Source: Candidatus Moraniibacteriota bacterium
GTDB lineage: Bacteria > Patescibacteriota > Minisyncoccia > Moranbacterales > UBA1568
Direction: 5' to 3'
Assembly: GCA_028688415.1 (NCBI GenBank)
Contig: JAQTYF010000001.1
Span: 144,627-208,626, forward strand
DNA length: 64,000 nt
Positions 51,366 through 61,033 of this stretch are shown here, one piece after another; position 1 is the first letter of the stretch, and the number at the start of each line of letters is the position of its first letter. The notes under the pieces were generated by a model that was not told where the DNA came from, did no database searches, and saw only the letters and a program-made list of their open reading frames with translations. A program made the translations under genes and the position numbers.

Positions 51366-51518
51366 TCACTCACTATTTTTTTGTTCCTGTGAAGAATCAC
51401 CTTGTGTAGGCTGTTGTTGCTGGTCATCATCACTGATGACAACCAGACCTTCTTCCACGGCTTCGTAGGGGACAAAGTGCCCCTCCATGCCTGGTTCAAA
51501 CGGCACAAAAGCTGTCAT
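51366..51518 (-). CDS. 50-aa acidic orphan peptide (not in the ORF track)
   Basis: GAGGAG SD; MTAFVPFEPGMEGHFVPYEAVEEGLVVISDDDQQQQPTQGDSSQEQKNSE*. Confidence 0.6.
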   Translation of the reverse strand: MTAFVPFEPGMEGHFVPYEAVEEGLVVISDDDQQQQPTQGDSSQEQKNSE

Positions 51519-51598
51519 TTTCTTGCTCCTCGGTTGGTTGAAAAAAAGAAAAACGGGTGATATTACTCGTTTTGAAAGTGCTCCTACTCACAATGATA

Positions 51599-52195
51599 TT
51601 ATACCAGTTCCTTGCGATTTGTCAAGGAGGCAGTAAGGGTCATTTCATCGGCATATTCGATATCGCCACCGGTCGCCATACCACGAGCGATACGGGTCAC
51701 TTTGATATGGAGGGGCTCGAGCTTCTTCTTGAGGTAGAGAGCAGTCATATCGCCTTCGGTGGTAGGATTGGTAGCAAGGATCACTTCTGTGATGTGTTCG
51801 TCTGCGACACGATGGAGGAGTTCGCTGATACGGAGGTTGTTGCTGTTATCATTCTTCCCGCTTTCGATAAGTCCACCGAGTACGTGATAAAGACCGTTGT
51901 AGGTGCCGGTACGTTCGATGGCGATGACATCGAGTGGTTCTTCCACGAGACAGAGAACATCTGAGATACGCTTGGTATCAGCACAGATCATACAGAGATC
52001 GCTTTCGGCGATATGAAAACAACGAGTACAACTTTTCAGATGATGGAGTGCTTCGAGACTCTCTGCAAAACCCTGCAGCCGTTCCTCATCCTGTTTGAAC
52101 AGATAGAGTACGATACGTTCGGCCATTTTCGGTCCCACGGAAGGAAGGGAAGAGAAGTGTGCGATGAGTGACTGAAAAACTTTTGGATAATGCAT
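51599..52195 (-). CDS. recR: Recombination mediator RecR
   Basis: LPSVGPK.AER, C4 zinc finger, YHVLGG and ATNPT.EG motifs. Confidence 0.97.
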   Translation of the reverse strand: MHYPKVFQSLIAHFSSLPSVGPKMAERIVLYLFKQDEERLQGFAESLEALHHLKSCTRCFHIAESDLCMICADTKRISDVLCLVEEPLDVIAIERTGTYNGLYHVLGGLIESGKNDNSNNLRISELLHRVADEHITEVILATNPTTEGDMTALYLKKKLEPLHIKVTRIARGMATGGDIEYADEMTLTASLTNRKELV

Positions 52196-52203
52196 AAAAA
52201 CAA

Positions 52204-52303
52204 GATGCTAGATAAGAGATAATGGATGTAAGATAAAAAAGAAAAGGGGAAAATAAGAATTTGACATCACTTATCAATTATCCCTCATCATTTATCTATC
52301 ATC
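52204..52303. repeat. Inverted 7-bp-period array
   Basis: GAT at 52204, 52211, 52218, 52225, 52232; ATC at 52266, 52273, 52280, 52287, 52294, 52301. Confidence 0.7.
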
Positions 52304-53653
52304 GTGTAGTTTCTCGAGTGATCGGAACGCAGCAGAATTGTCATCGAAGAAAAGTTGCACTTTACCGACTGGTCCATTACGGTGTTTGGCGATGATGATA
52401 TCAGCAATATTTTTGTTTGGTGTATCTGGTTTCACGCGGTCTTCACGATAGAGGAAAAGTACGACGTCAGCATCCTGTTCGATAGAACCAGACTCACGCA
52501 AGTCAGACAGTTTTGGTATCTGATCAGGACGGGATTCGACCGCACGAGACAGCTGTGAGAGAGCGATGACCGGAATATTGAGTTCGCGTGCGAGTTGCTT
52601 GAGTCCGCGAGATATTTCTGAGATTTCTTGGACACGATTGTCGCCTTTGCTACTTCGTCCTTCCATCAGCTGGAGGTAGTCGATGATGATGAGTCCGAGA
52701 TTGTGTTCTGCTTGGAGGCGTCTGGCCATTGTTCTCATTTCCATAATGTTGAGTGATCCAGAGTCATCGATGAAAATAGAGGCTTCAGAAAGCACTCCCA
52801 TAGCATCCGAGATACGCTCGAAATCATTGTCAGGACCTTCGCTTGAGAGCTTGCCCGTACGGAGTTTCCAGAGATCGACACCGGCCTGTGAAGCGATCAT
52901 ACGATCGACGAGCTGGTCAGAACCCATTTCAAGAGAGAATATACCGACAGGAACTTTGGAGTGAATACCGACTTGACGGGCGATATCGAGCGCGAGAGAT
53001 GTTTTTCCGACAGATGGACGGGCGGCGAGAATGATGAGATCGGATTTCTGGAGTCCTGCCAAAATATTATCGAGATCAGGGAAATGTGTCTGTACGCCAC
53101 GAAAGGTATTGTCGCTTTTATGGAGTTCATCGATACGATTGAAAGCTACTTCAAGAATGGATTTGATTGGTATGAAATCCTGCTTGATATAATTCTGAGA
53201 GATGGCAAATATTTTTTGTTCAGCTTGATCGAGGAGTTTCTGAATATCTTCTGATTCATCATAACCGAGTTCCACGATGTCGTTTGCCGAACTGATGAGT
53301 CTACGAAGGAGAACCTTTTTCTGCACTACTTTGGCATAATGAACGACATTTGAAGACGAAGGAACAGAATTGACGAGACTGGCGAGATAGTTCGATCCAC
53401 CAATTTCTTCGAGTTTGCTTTTTTCTTCGAGTTTGTTGGCAAGAGAGAGAACATCAATCGGCTCACGTTCTTCGTAGAGAGTGAGCATAGTCTCGTAGAT
53501 GAGATTGTGAGCGTCCTTGTAGAAATCTCCGACCTTGAGAAGGTCTGCGATTTTGATCACAGCATCTTTGTCGAGCATAAGAGAACCGAGGACAGATGTC
53601 TCAGCTTCGAGGTTGTGAGGGGGAACTCGGAGATGTTCGGTCGTTTTTGCCAT
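52292..53653 (-). CDS. dnaB: Replicative DNA helicase
   Basis: AARPSVGKT, FSLEM, IDYLQL and LRESGSIEQDAD motifs; no intein. Confidence 0.98.
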   Translation of the reverse strand: MAKTTEHLRVPPHNLEAETSVLGSLMLDKDAVIKIADLLKVGDFYKDAHNLIYETMLTLYEEREPIDVLSLANKLEEKSKLEEIGGSNYLASLVNSVPSSSNVVHYAKVVQKKVLLRRLISSANDIVELGYDESEDIQKLLDQAEQKIFAISQNYIKQDFIPIKSILEVAFNRIDELHKSDNTFRGVQTHFPDLDNILAGLQKSDLIILAARPSVGKTSLALDIARQVGIHSKVPVGIFSLEMGSDQLVDRMIASQAGVDLWKLRTGKLSSEGPDNDFERISDAMGVLSEASIFIDDSGSLNIMEMRTMARRLQAEHNLGLIIIDYLQLMEGRSSKGDNRVQEISEISRGLKQLARELNIPVIALSQLSRAVESRPDQIPKLSDLRESGSIEQDADVVLFLYREDRVKPDTPNKNIADIIIAKHRNGPVGKVQLFFDDNSAAFRSLEKLHDDR

Positions 53654-53791
53654 GAAAGTGAAGTATGTATTTAGAGCAGTTGTTTTAGTATACTCGAGTA
53701 TTAGAGAGAATTCAACTTGACGAAAGTGATATTTTAGTATATATGTAAAGTGTGATGAAATGGTGTTTGTATTGTTCTTTAGGAGGTTTCA

Positions 53792-53989
53792 ATGAGTAGT
53801 ATAACGCTGAAGGGAACGGTGACTTCTGTCCAATTTGAATTCGCTCGTTGGATGGAAAAGGAGACAGAAGGATATGAGAAAGAAATCACAAATAGTCGAT
53901 TGACTATTTTGTCAGGTGATACCATATCACTAGAAATTTTTTTTGAAACAAAGGAAAAGGAGAAGAAAAAAGTGTGTGAAGCAGAATAA
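53792..53989 (+). CDS. 65-aa orphan protein
   Basis: TGTTCTTT-AGGAGG leader; strong hairpin at about 53988-54024 after the stop. Confidence 0.6.
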   Translation: MSSITLKGTVTSVQFEFARWMEKETEGYEKEITNSRLTILSGDTISLEIFFETKEKEKKKVCEAE

Positions 53990-54030
53990 AGGGGTGGTCG
54001 TGTGAATATACGACTACCCCTTTTCATTTT

Positions 54031-55443
54031 TTAGATTTTTTTGATCTGGTAGTTATCAGCGATATCTTCTATTTTGTATCCGTGAGCGAGGATGGTATCA
54101 CGGAGACGATCGGATTCAGCAAAGTTTTTCTCTTTTCGTGCGTGCTTGCGTGCCTCGGCAAGAATAGTGACTTCTTCTGGTATAACGGTTATTTCCTGTT
54201 TCAGGCCGAAAAAGAAAAATATTTTTTCAAAAACGAGTAGAAGCGCAGACTGATTTACAGGTTCATTCCGATCCAGAATCGTATTTATTTGTTTGGTGAG
54301 TTCGAGTGCGAGAGAGAGTGCTTCTGGAGAATTGAGATCATCTTGCATGGAAAAACGTATGCGTTCGATCAGGTCTTGTCCATCAAATGCTGTGTCGATA
54401 TTTTTTTCTTTTGGAAGAGCAGAGAGACGATCAAATGTCGTGAAGAGCGTTTCTCTATTTTTCTTGGCTTGTTCGAGGGATTCCCAGGTGAAGTTCATCT
54501 GACTGCGATAATGAGCACTGAGAAGAAGAATGCGAAAATCCATCGGAGAAAATCCTTTTTCAACGACATCTTCGAGCGTGTAGAAATTACCCTTGGATTT
54601 GGACATTTTCTCGCCACTTACGAGTATGTGACGCGTGTGCATCCAGTATCGTACGAAAGGTTGTTCGGTCACACCTTCTGATTGGACGATTTCTGCTTCG
54701 TGATGAGGGAAGATATTGTCTTCTCCGCCAGTGTGAATATCGATTGTATTACCGAGATATTCCATGCTCATCGCACTACACTCGATGTGCCATCCAGGAT
54801 ACCCTTCACTCCAAGGAGAGGTCCAGTGCATGAGATGTCCCTCTGGTGCTTTGAGCCAGAGAGCGAAATCCCATGGATTTTTCTTGTCAGGATGTTCTTC
54901 GAGACGTGCGCCGACTTTCAGATTGACCAGTGTGTTACCAGACAATTTACCGTAATCAGGGAATGTCGTCACATCGAGAAAAACATTACCATTTTTTTCA
55001 TAGGCATGACCTTTTTTTATGAGTTCTTCGATGAGGTGAACCATCTGCTTTACATGAGCTGTCGCTCGAGGAAAATAGTGAGCAGGGAGGATATTCATTA
55101 CATCTTCTGTTTGGTGAAAATATGCTTCGTAGAAAAGAGCTATTTCTCCAGGTGTTTTCTTTTCTGCGCGAGCTTTCTTCTCGATTTTGTCTTCACCACT
55201 GTCACCCTGAGCGACATCATCGGAAGTGAGGTGTCCGACGTCGGTGATGTTTTTGATCATTCGTACTTCATAGCCCGCATCTTCGAGCACACGACGCAGA
55301 GTATCTGAGAACGTATAAGCACGAATATTGCCAATATGAATATATCCGTAGACGGTTGGTCCACAGATGTACATCCCGACCTTTCCGGGATTGAGAGGTT
55401 CGAATTCTTCTTTGGATTTTGTGAGAGTATTGTAGAAACGCAT
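54031..55443 (-). CDS. cysS: Cysteine--tRNA ligase
   Basis: CGPTVY..HIGN, PGWHIECS and KMSKS motifs. Confidence 0.98.
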   Translation of the reverse strand: MRFYNTLTKSKEEFEPLNPGKVGMYICGPTVYGYIHIGNIRAYTFSDTLRRVLEDAGYEVRMIKNITDVGHLTSDDVAQGDSGEDKIEKKARAEKKTPGEIALFYEAYFHQTEDVMNILPAHYFPRATAHVKQMVHLIEELIKKGHAYEKNGNVFLDVTTFPDYGKLSGNTLVNLKVGARLEEHPDKKNPWDFALWLKAPEGHLMHWTSPWSEGYPGWHIECSAMSMEYLGNTIDIHTGGEDNIFPHHEAEIVQSEGVTEQPFVRYWMHTRHILVSGEKMSKSKGNFYTLEDVVEKGFSPMDFRILLLSAHYRSQMNFTWESLEQAKKNRETLFTTFDRLSALPKEKNIDTAFDGQDLIERIRFSMQDDLNSPEALSLALELTKQINTILDRNEPVNQSALLLVFEKIFFFFGLKQEITVIPEEVTILAEARKHARKEKNFAESDRLRDTILAHGYKIEDIADNYQIKKI

Positions 55444-55520
55444 AGCGATAGATTATCAACAAAAAGCCATTCCACAATAACACAAAAACAAACTCCGAGA
55501 CAAATGAGCTGTTTTTTACT

Positions 55521-56429
55521 TTAGAGCCATTTTTTGAATTTGAAAATGGCGATAGTGATGACAGAGAGGAGTGCCATAAATCCTGAATGAATCCAAAAGG
55601 CAAAAGGACTGTGTCCGAATGGGATTTGCGCACTCATCGCGAGCATATTGGAATAGACGCTCATCGGCAGAAGAACAGCAGAAAAAATAGTGAGCACTTT
55701 CATCGTTAGATCGAGCTTGTTGGACAGAAGAGAATTATTGGTTGCTTCGAGTGCCTCGATAGTTTCTTTCTGACTTTCGAGAATGTTCCAGAGACGGATG
55801 TTCGTACCGATGAGATCTTGGAAATAAATTTTTATCTCAGTCGGTATGAAAGGATGATTTTTCTGAATCATTGATTCGAGAATAGAGCGTTGTGGTTTGA
55901 GTGTTCGACGAAAATTGAGAATATCTCGTTTGAGGACAGAAATTTCAAATACCATTTCTTTTTCTTGACCCGCAAAAACCTGTGTTTCGACAGAATCGAG
56001 TTTTTTCCCGATATGATTGAGTCGAGGAAAACAGGAATCGAGCAAGATCTCTATGAGATTATGAAGAAGATAGGTAGGGGTTTTTCCGAGAGAGATTCGT
56101 TTCTTCCCCTCATGTTGTTCGAGGTCTTCGAAAAATTTGTTGATTTGATAGATGCTTTGTTTGTGACTGGTGATGAGGTGATGTTCGGTAAGGATAATAT
56201 CGAGTTCTCCTGGATATGTGGTCCGATGTTCTACGTCGAAGAGAGGAATATGAATAGACAAAAAGAGACAACTGTCATATTGGACGACTTTTGGTTGATA
56301 GGTTGGTGTGATGAGTTCTTCTATTGCAAGGGGATGAATGTTGAAATTTTCTTGCAAGTAAGTGATATCATCCGTTCCTGGATCTTCGAAATCTATCCAG
56401 GTTATTTCTTTGTATTTGAGAGTTTTCAT
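55521..56429 (-). CDS. corA: CorA-family divalent cation transporter
   Basis: WID..P, HPLAIE and MKVLT; the GMN signature is degenerate (AMS). Confidence 0.85.
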   Translation of the reverse strand: MKTLKYKEITWIDFEDPGTDDITYLQENFNIHPLAIEELITPTYQPKVVQYDSCLFLSIHIPLFDVEHRTTYPGELDIILTEHHLITSHKQSIYQINKFFEDLEQHEGKKRISLGKTPTYLLHNLIEILLDSCFPRLNHIGKKLDSVETQVFAGQEKEMVFEISVLKRDILNFRRTLKPQRSILESMIQKNHPFIPTEIKIYFQDLIGTNIRLWNILESQKETIEALEATNNSLLSNKLDLTMKVLTIFSAVLLPMSVYSNMLAMSAQIPFGHSPFAFWIHSGFMALLSVITIAIFKFKKWL

Positions 56430-56433
56430 TTTT

Positions 56434-56487
56434 TTGTCATCGTCGCTTGCTTGTCATATCGTTTCGCGAACGACAATGATGAGCAAT
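56434..56487 (-). repeat. Palindromic element, degenerate copy immediately 5' of corA
   Basis: ttgtcatcgtcgcttgcttgtcatatcgtttcgcgaacgacaatgatgagc resembles the reverse complement of about 58150-58203. Confidence 0.75.
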
Positions 56488-56574
56488 AGGATGTTTCTAT
56501 TTATTTTCTTTCCCTCAGTATACCAAGCAAAAAGAAAATTGACAAAGTTGTTCTCCTGATACTATGCTGTCGAT

Positions 56575-56850
56575 ATGATAAAAAAAATATTACTAGCATC
56601 GATTCGACTCTATCAGAAAACCCTTTCGCTCGAACATGGGTTTATGGGGAGGGTATTTGGTGAACGGTTTTGTCGATTTTATCCGACGTGTAGTGCTTAT
56701 ACGTACGAAGCCATAGAACGATATGGTGTTCCGCGTGGAGGTTTTATGGGACTGAAACGTATCCTTCGTTGTCATCCGTGGAACGATGGAGGATATGACC
56801 CTGTGAGAAAGAAGTCGTCACAAGCGACTGAAGTCGTGCCAAAGGCGTGA
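56575..56850 (+). CDS. yidD: Membrane protein insertion efficiency factor
   Basis: CRFYPTCS.Y...[13 protein letters not shown]. Confidence 0.95.
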   Translation: MIKKILLASIRLYQKTLSLEHGFMGRVFGERFCRFYPTCSAYTYEAIERYGVPRGGFMGLKRILRCHPWNDGGYDPVRKKSSQATEVVPKA

Positions 56851-56917
56851 TGTTCTTGTCCTATAGAAGAGAGTGAGTAAGGGTAGTTTGTTTAACAACG
56901 GAAAAGGAGATTGAAAA

Positions 56918-57130
56918 ATGACAGCTAAGAAAAAGCCTGATGGGAAACAGCTAAAGGTTGTTCCATCCAAGCCATCGACACACATCGTGTGTCACATCTT
57001 TTTATCGACTCTCGGTTTGAATCCTGAAGAGGGAAAAAACCGGACTATTCCCGTCCTTTGGGCGAGACGTGATCACTTCTGCAAAGGGAATCGTGTCTGT
57101 GAACAGAATTGTCGCAATCAGTGTCAATGA
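56918..57130 (+). CDS. 70-aa basic Cys/His-containing orphan protein
   Basis: TGTTTAACAAC then AAGGAG SD; hairpin at about 57184-57209. Confidence 0.55.
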   Translation: MTAKKKPDGKQLKVVPSKPSTHIVCHIFLSTLGLNPEEGKNRTIPVLWARRDHFCKGNRVCEQNCRNQCQ

Positions 57131-57226
57131 AGAATTTATAAAGCGCGTTCAGGTGAACGCTTGTGGTATTGCCACACAAGAATAGGAGGTCTGAAATAAG
57201 CCTCCTTTTTCATTGTCTTTTTTGAA

Positions 57227-57253
57227 TTGGCACTCTACTTGACAGAGTGCCAA
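57227..57253 (+). promoter_or_regulatory. CIRCE operator overlapping the -35 of the hrcA-grpE-dnaK promoter
   Basis: TTGGCACTC-N9-GAGTGCCAA; TTGACA(57239)-N17-TATAAT(57262). Confidence 0.93.
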
Positions 57254-57318
57254 TTCGTATTTATAATGTATATAAGAGTTATTTATCTCTTATCAATTAT
57301 CACTTATCTTTTTCTGAA

Positions 57319-58113
57319 ATGAACAATCGTCAAGAAAAAATTCTCTCAGCTATCGTCGATATCTATACGAGGACAGCATTGCCAGTAGGATCGCAAGCTC
57401 TCCTTGAAGAATATGATTTTGGTGTGAGCTCTGCGACACTGCGAAGTGATATGGTAATCCTCGAGGAAGAAGGATATCTCTATCAACCACATGTCTCTGC
57501 TGGACGTATCCCGACCGATGTAGGGTATCGGAAATATGTCGAAGAGATGATGGGGGAAAAAACGCTCTCACATAAAGATCAAGAACGGTTACAAACAGAA
57601 CTCCTCATGCTCAAGGCCAAACATCTTCGTCTCGGTCGTACGACAGCCAAACTTCTTTCGGCACTCTCTGGCAATCTCGCCGTTTCGGGTGTGTGGAAAA
57701 AGCCTGCCCGCCACACTTCTGATTCCGCTGAAACGGGAGAGGATGTGGGAGGGGATGAATTCTATGATTTCGGGATGAAGGAGATGATCGAGAAACCGGA
57801 ATTCAAAGAAATCGATGAACTCTGTCGTCTCGTAGAAACACTCGATTCGCTCGACGAGAAACTCGATGGCATTATGCTCAAACTGAAAGACGGAGAGACA
57901 CAGATATTTATCGGCAATGAAAATCCGATTCGTGGTATAGACAACTGTTCGATGGTCGTCGCCCCGTATCAGAACAAAGAAGGGGAACGAGGAATGCTCG
58001 CTATCATCGGTCCGAAACGAATGGATTATGCGAAGAATAAATCCCTCATCGAATATATGAAAAAATTGTTGTCTTCCTCGCTCGTCGTCATCGTCTTTAT
58101 TTCTCTCTCATAA
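57319..58113 (+). CDS. hrcA: Heat-inducible transcription repressor, short form
   Basis: PVGS, SSATLR, QPHVSAGRIPT..GYR and IGPKRMDY motifs. Confidence 0.95.
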   Translation: MNNRQEKILSAIVDIYTRTALPVGSQALLEEYDFGVSSATLRSDMVILEEEGYLYQPHVSAGRIPTDVGYRKYVEEMMGEKTLSHKDQERLQTELLMLKAKHLRLGRTTAKLLSALSGNLAVSGVWKKPARHTSDSAETGEDVGGDEFYDFGMKEMIEKPEFKEIDELCRLVETLDSLDEKLDGIMLKLKDGETQIFIGNENPIRGIDNCSMVVAPYQNKEGERGMLAIIGPKRMDYAKNKSLIEYMKKLLSSSLVVIVFISLS

Positions 58114-58124
58114 ACGAAACAAAT

Positions 58125-58301
58125 ATGACGATGGAAAAGAATTCATCACCGTCGCTCGCCACCGTCGTTTCGCGAACGACGTGGCAAGCGAGCGACGTGA
58201 CAAGAGAAAAAGAAGAAGAGAGAAAGAATAAGGAACTCTCAGAAGCAGAAAAACAAGAACAATTCGAACTCGCAAAAAATAGACTAACCCGTTCATCGTA
58301 A
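58125..58301 (+). pseudogene. 58-aa ORF duplicating the grpE 5' end, with a 30-bp palindromic insert
   Basis: MTMEKNSSPSLA[TVVSRTTWQA]SDVTREK versus grpE MTNKKKNSSPSLASDVTREQ. Confidence 0.7.
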
Positions 58302-58308
58302 TAAAAAT

Positions 58309-58896
58309 ATGACGAATAAAAAAAAGAATTCATCACCATCGCTCGCGAGCGACGTGACAAGAGAACAGGAAGAAATAAACAAGGATCAAGAACCAACAGA
58401 GATCACTGAAGAAATGGAAGAGAAATCAGAATGGCAAGTGAAGGCAGAGGAATACCTCGAAGACCTGAAAAGAACGCAAGCAGACTTCGAAAACTACAAG
58501 AAACGACAGGTAGAATCACAGAAGGAGTTGCGCGGGATGCTCATAGAAAAACTGGTACTCGATATTGTCCCTGTTCTCGATAATTTCCGTTCTGCGACAT
58601 CTCATGTACCACCTGAACAGTCGAGTAGTCCGTGGGTCGTCGGTATCCAATATATCGAGAAACAACTCGAAACAGTACTGACCGATAATGGAATGCAAGT
58701 GATGGAAACGAAAGAAGGAGATGTATTTGATCCGAGTATCCACGAAGCGATTGATACAGAAAAAAATACTGAAGAAAATGTAGAAAGCGATGAGGCAAAG
58801 AAGAATGATGAACAGCACACGGTAGCCAAAGTTATTCAGAAAGGATACAAGTTTGGAGAAAGAGTCGTGAGGCCAGCGAAGGTAATCGTTAAATAA
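58309..58896 (+). CDS. grpE: Nucleotide exchange factor GrpE
   Basis: ADFENYKKR, PVLDNF, FDP..HEA and QKGY...RPAKV motifs. Confidence 0.97.
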   Translation: MTNKKKNSSPSLASDVTREQEEINKDQEPTEITEEMEEKSEWQVKAEEYLEDLKRTQADFENYKKRQVESQKELRGMLIEKLVLDIVPVLDNFRSATSHVPPEQSSSPWVVGIQYIEKQLETVLTDNGMQVMETKEGDVFDPSIHEAIDTEKNTEENVESDEAKKNDEQHTVAKVIQKGYKFGERVVRPAKVIVK

Positions 58897-58901
58897 GAAG
58901 A

Positions 58902-58971
58902 TGTATTATGTATTAAGTATAACGTATACTGTATGGAAATACATGATACAGAATACGTGATACGGTATACG
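58902..58971. repeat. Inverted 7-bp-period array (5+5 units)
   Basis: GTAT at 58903, 58910, 58917, 58924, 58931; ATAC at 58939, 58946, 58953, 58960, 58967. Confidence 0.85.
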
Positions 58972-59022
58972 ACCAGTTAAATTAATTAAGTAAATATATT
59001 GTAACAAATTAACATTAATATT

Positions 59023-60963
59023 ATGAGCAAGATATTAGGTATCGATCTCGGAACAACCAATTCAGCAATGGCATTTGTCGAAGGTGGTACTCCGTCGATC
59101 ATCGAAAATAAAGAAGGGAATCGTACGACACCATCGATGGTAGCCGTATCAAAGACAGGAGAACGCCTCGTCGGACTCCTCGCCAAGCGTCAGGGAGTGA
59201 CCAATCCGGAAAATACACTCTACTCAGTGAAGCGTCTCATCGGACGACATTTCAACGATGACGAAGTGAAGCGTGATATGAAAACGCTTCCGTACAAAGT
59301 CATTCAGTCAGGTGAAGGTGTGAAAATTGTGATGAGTGGCAAAGAATACACGCCACAAGAAGTGAGTGCAATGATCCTCTCCAAGCTCAAGGCTGATGCC
59401 GAAGAAAAACTTGGTGAGAAAATTACCGATGCAGTCATCACAGTGCCTGCGTACTTCGATGATTCTCAACGCAAAGCGACCAAAGAAGCTGGAGAAATCG
59501 CTGGATTCAATGTTCGTCGTATTATCAACGAACCAACAGCAGCCGCTCTCGCCTACGGATTCAATAAAAAGAAAGATGAGAAAATCGCTGTCTATGACCT
59601 TGGTGGTGGAACATTCGATATTTCCATTCTCGAAGTTGCAGAAGATACTGTCGAAGTGAAATCAACGAATGGTGATACACACCTCGGAGGTGATGATTTT
59701 GATCAACGCATCATCCACTGGATTTTGGATGAATTCAAGAAACAAGAAGGCATCGATCTTTCCAAAGATCCTCTCTCACTCCAGCGTATCAAAGAAGCTG
59801 CTGAGAAGGCCAAGATTGAGCTCTCAACTGCCAACGAAACAGAAATCAATCAACCGTTCATCACGGCTGATGCGTCTGGACCAAAACACATGCTCATCAA
59901 GCTTTCTCGATCCAAGCTCGAAGAACTCGTCGGCGATCTTGTGACCGCATCATTCGAACCAGTCAAGAAAGCTCTCGCTGATGCAAAACTTGATGTGAAA
60001 GACATCAGTGAGGTCGTGCTTGTTGGTGGTATGACTCGTATGCCACTCGTCCTCGCTGAAGTAGAGAAATTCTTCGGTAAGAAACCAAACATTACGGTGA
60101 ACCCTGATGAAGTAGTAGCACTCGGTGCTGCTATCCAGGGAGGTGTGCTCGAAGGATCAGTGAAAGACGTGCTTCTCCTCGATGTCACTCCACTGACATT
60201 CGGTATTGAAACAATGGGAGGTGTCCGTACGCCACTTATTGATCGCAATACGACCGTTCCAGTTTCTCGATCACAAGTGTTCTCGACCGCTGCTGACAAT
60301 CAGCCATCTGTCCAGATTCATGTCCTCCAAGGGGAGCGTGAAATGGCCGGAGATAACAAATCACTCGGACAGTTTATTCTCGATGGTATTATGCCGGCAC
60401 CACGTGGTATCCCACAGATCGAAGTGACTTTTGATATCGATGCCTCTGGTATTCTCACGGTATCTGCCAAGGACAAGGCGACGGGCAAGAGTCAGAATAT
60501 CCGTATCGAATCATCGACAGGACTTTCCAAAGATGAAATCGAACGTATGAAGAAAGATGCTGAGATGCATGCCGATGAAGACAAACGAAAGAAAGAACTC
60601 ATCGAGGCACGCAATATGGCAGACAGTCTTTCTTACACGACTGAAAAGTCGATGAAAGATGCAGGGGACAAACTCACCGCTGAAGAGAAGAAACCAGTTG
60701 AAGAAGCCATCACTGAACTCAACAAAGTGAAGAACGGTGATGACCTCGAAGCCATCAAGAAAGCAACTGAAACACTTTCTCAGTCAGCTCAAAAGATTGG
60801 TGAGAAACTCTACAAGGCCGCACAAGAGGCTGAAGCAGCTAAGGCGAGTGCTACAGGCGCACAGCCAGGTGCTGAAGGCGCTACTGGTACGACCGAAGCT
60901 CCAAAAGAAGCCGAGACCGAACCTGTTTCAGAAGAAACCAAGCCTGAAGAAGAAAAGAAGTAA
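59023..60963 (+). CDS. dnaK: Chaperone DnaK
   Basis: [25 protein letters not shown] and NPDEVVA motifs. Confidence 0.99.
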   Translation: MSKILGIDLGTTNSAMAFVEGGTPSIIENKEGNRTTPSMVAVSKTGERLVGLLAKRQGVTNPENTLYSVKRLIGRHFNDDEVKRDMKTLPYKVIQSGEGVKIVMSGKEYTPQEVSAMILSKLKADAEEKLGEKITDAVITVPAYFDDSQRKATKEAGEIAGFNVRRIINEPTAAALAYGFNKKKDEKIAVYDLGGGTFDISILEVAEDTVEVKSTNGDTHLGGDDFDQRIIHWILDEFKKQEGIDLSKDPLSLQRIKEAAEKAKIELSTANETEINQPFITADASGPKHMLIKLSRSKLEELVGDLVTASFEPVKKALADAKLDVKDISEVVLVGGMTRMPLVLAEVEKFFGKKPNITVNPDEVVALGAAIQGGVLEGSVKDVLLLDVTPLTFGIETMGGVRTPLIDRNTTVPVSRSQVFSTAADNQPSVQIHVLQGEREMAGDNKSLGQFILDGIMPAPRGIPQIEVTFDIDASGILTVSAKDKATGKSQNIRIESSTGLSKDEIERMKKDAEMHADEDKRKKELIEARNMADSLSYTTEKSMKDAGDKLTAEEKKPVEEAITELNKVKNGDDLEAIKKATETLSQSAQKIGEKLYKAAQEAEAAKASATGAQPGAEGATGTTEAPKEAETEPVSEETKPEEEKK

Positions 60964-60981
60964 GGAAAAATGTAGTATAAT

Positions 60982-61008
60982 AAAAGCGGGACAGAATGTC
61001 CCGCTTTT
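60982..61008 (+). terminator. Intrinsic terminator
   Basis: aaaagcgggaca-gaa-tgtcccgctttt. Confidence 0.85.
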
Positions 61009-61033
61009 ATGGTAAATACGCATTGAAAATTCT

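Noticed and set aside
51311-51508. 65-aa track ORF
   Set aside because: No SD and it runs through the terminator; the 50-aa alternative frame is better supported.
58902-58971. Possible CRISPR array or origin iterons
   Set aside because: Units are only 7 bp with no unique spacers, and there are no cas or rep genes or full DnaA boxes.
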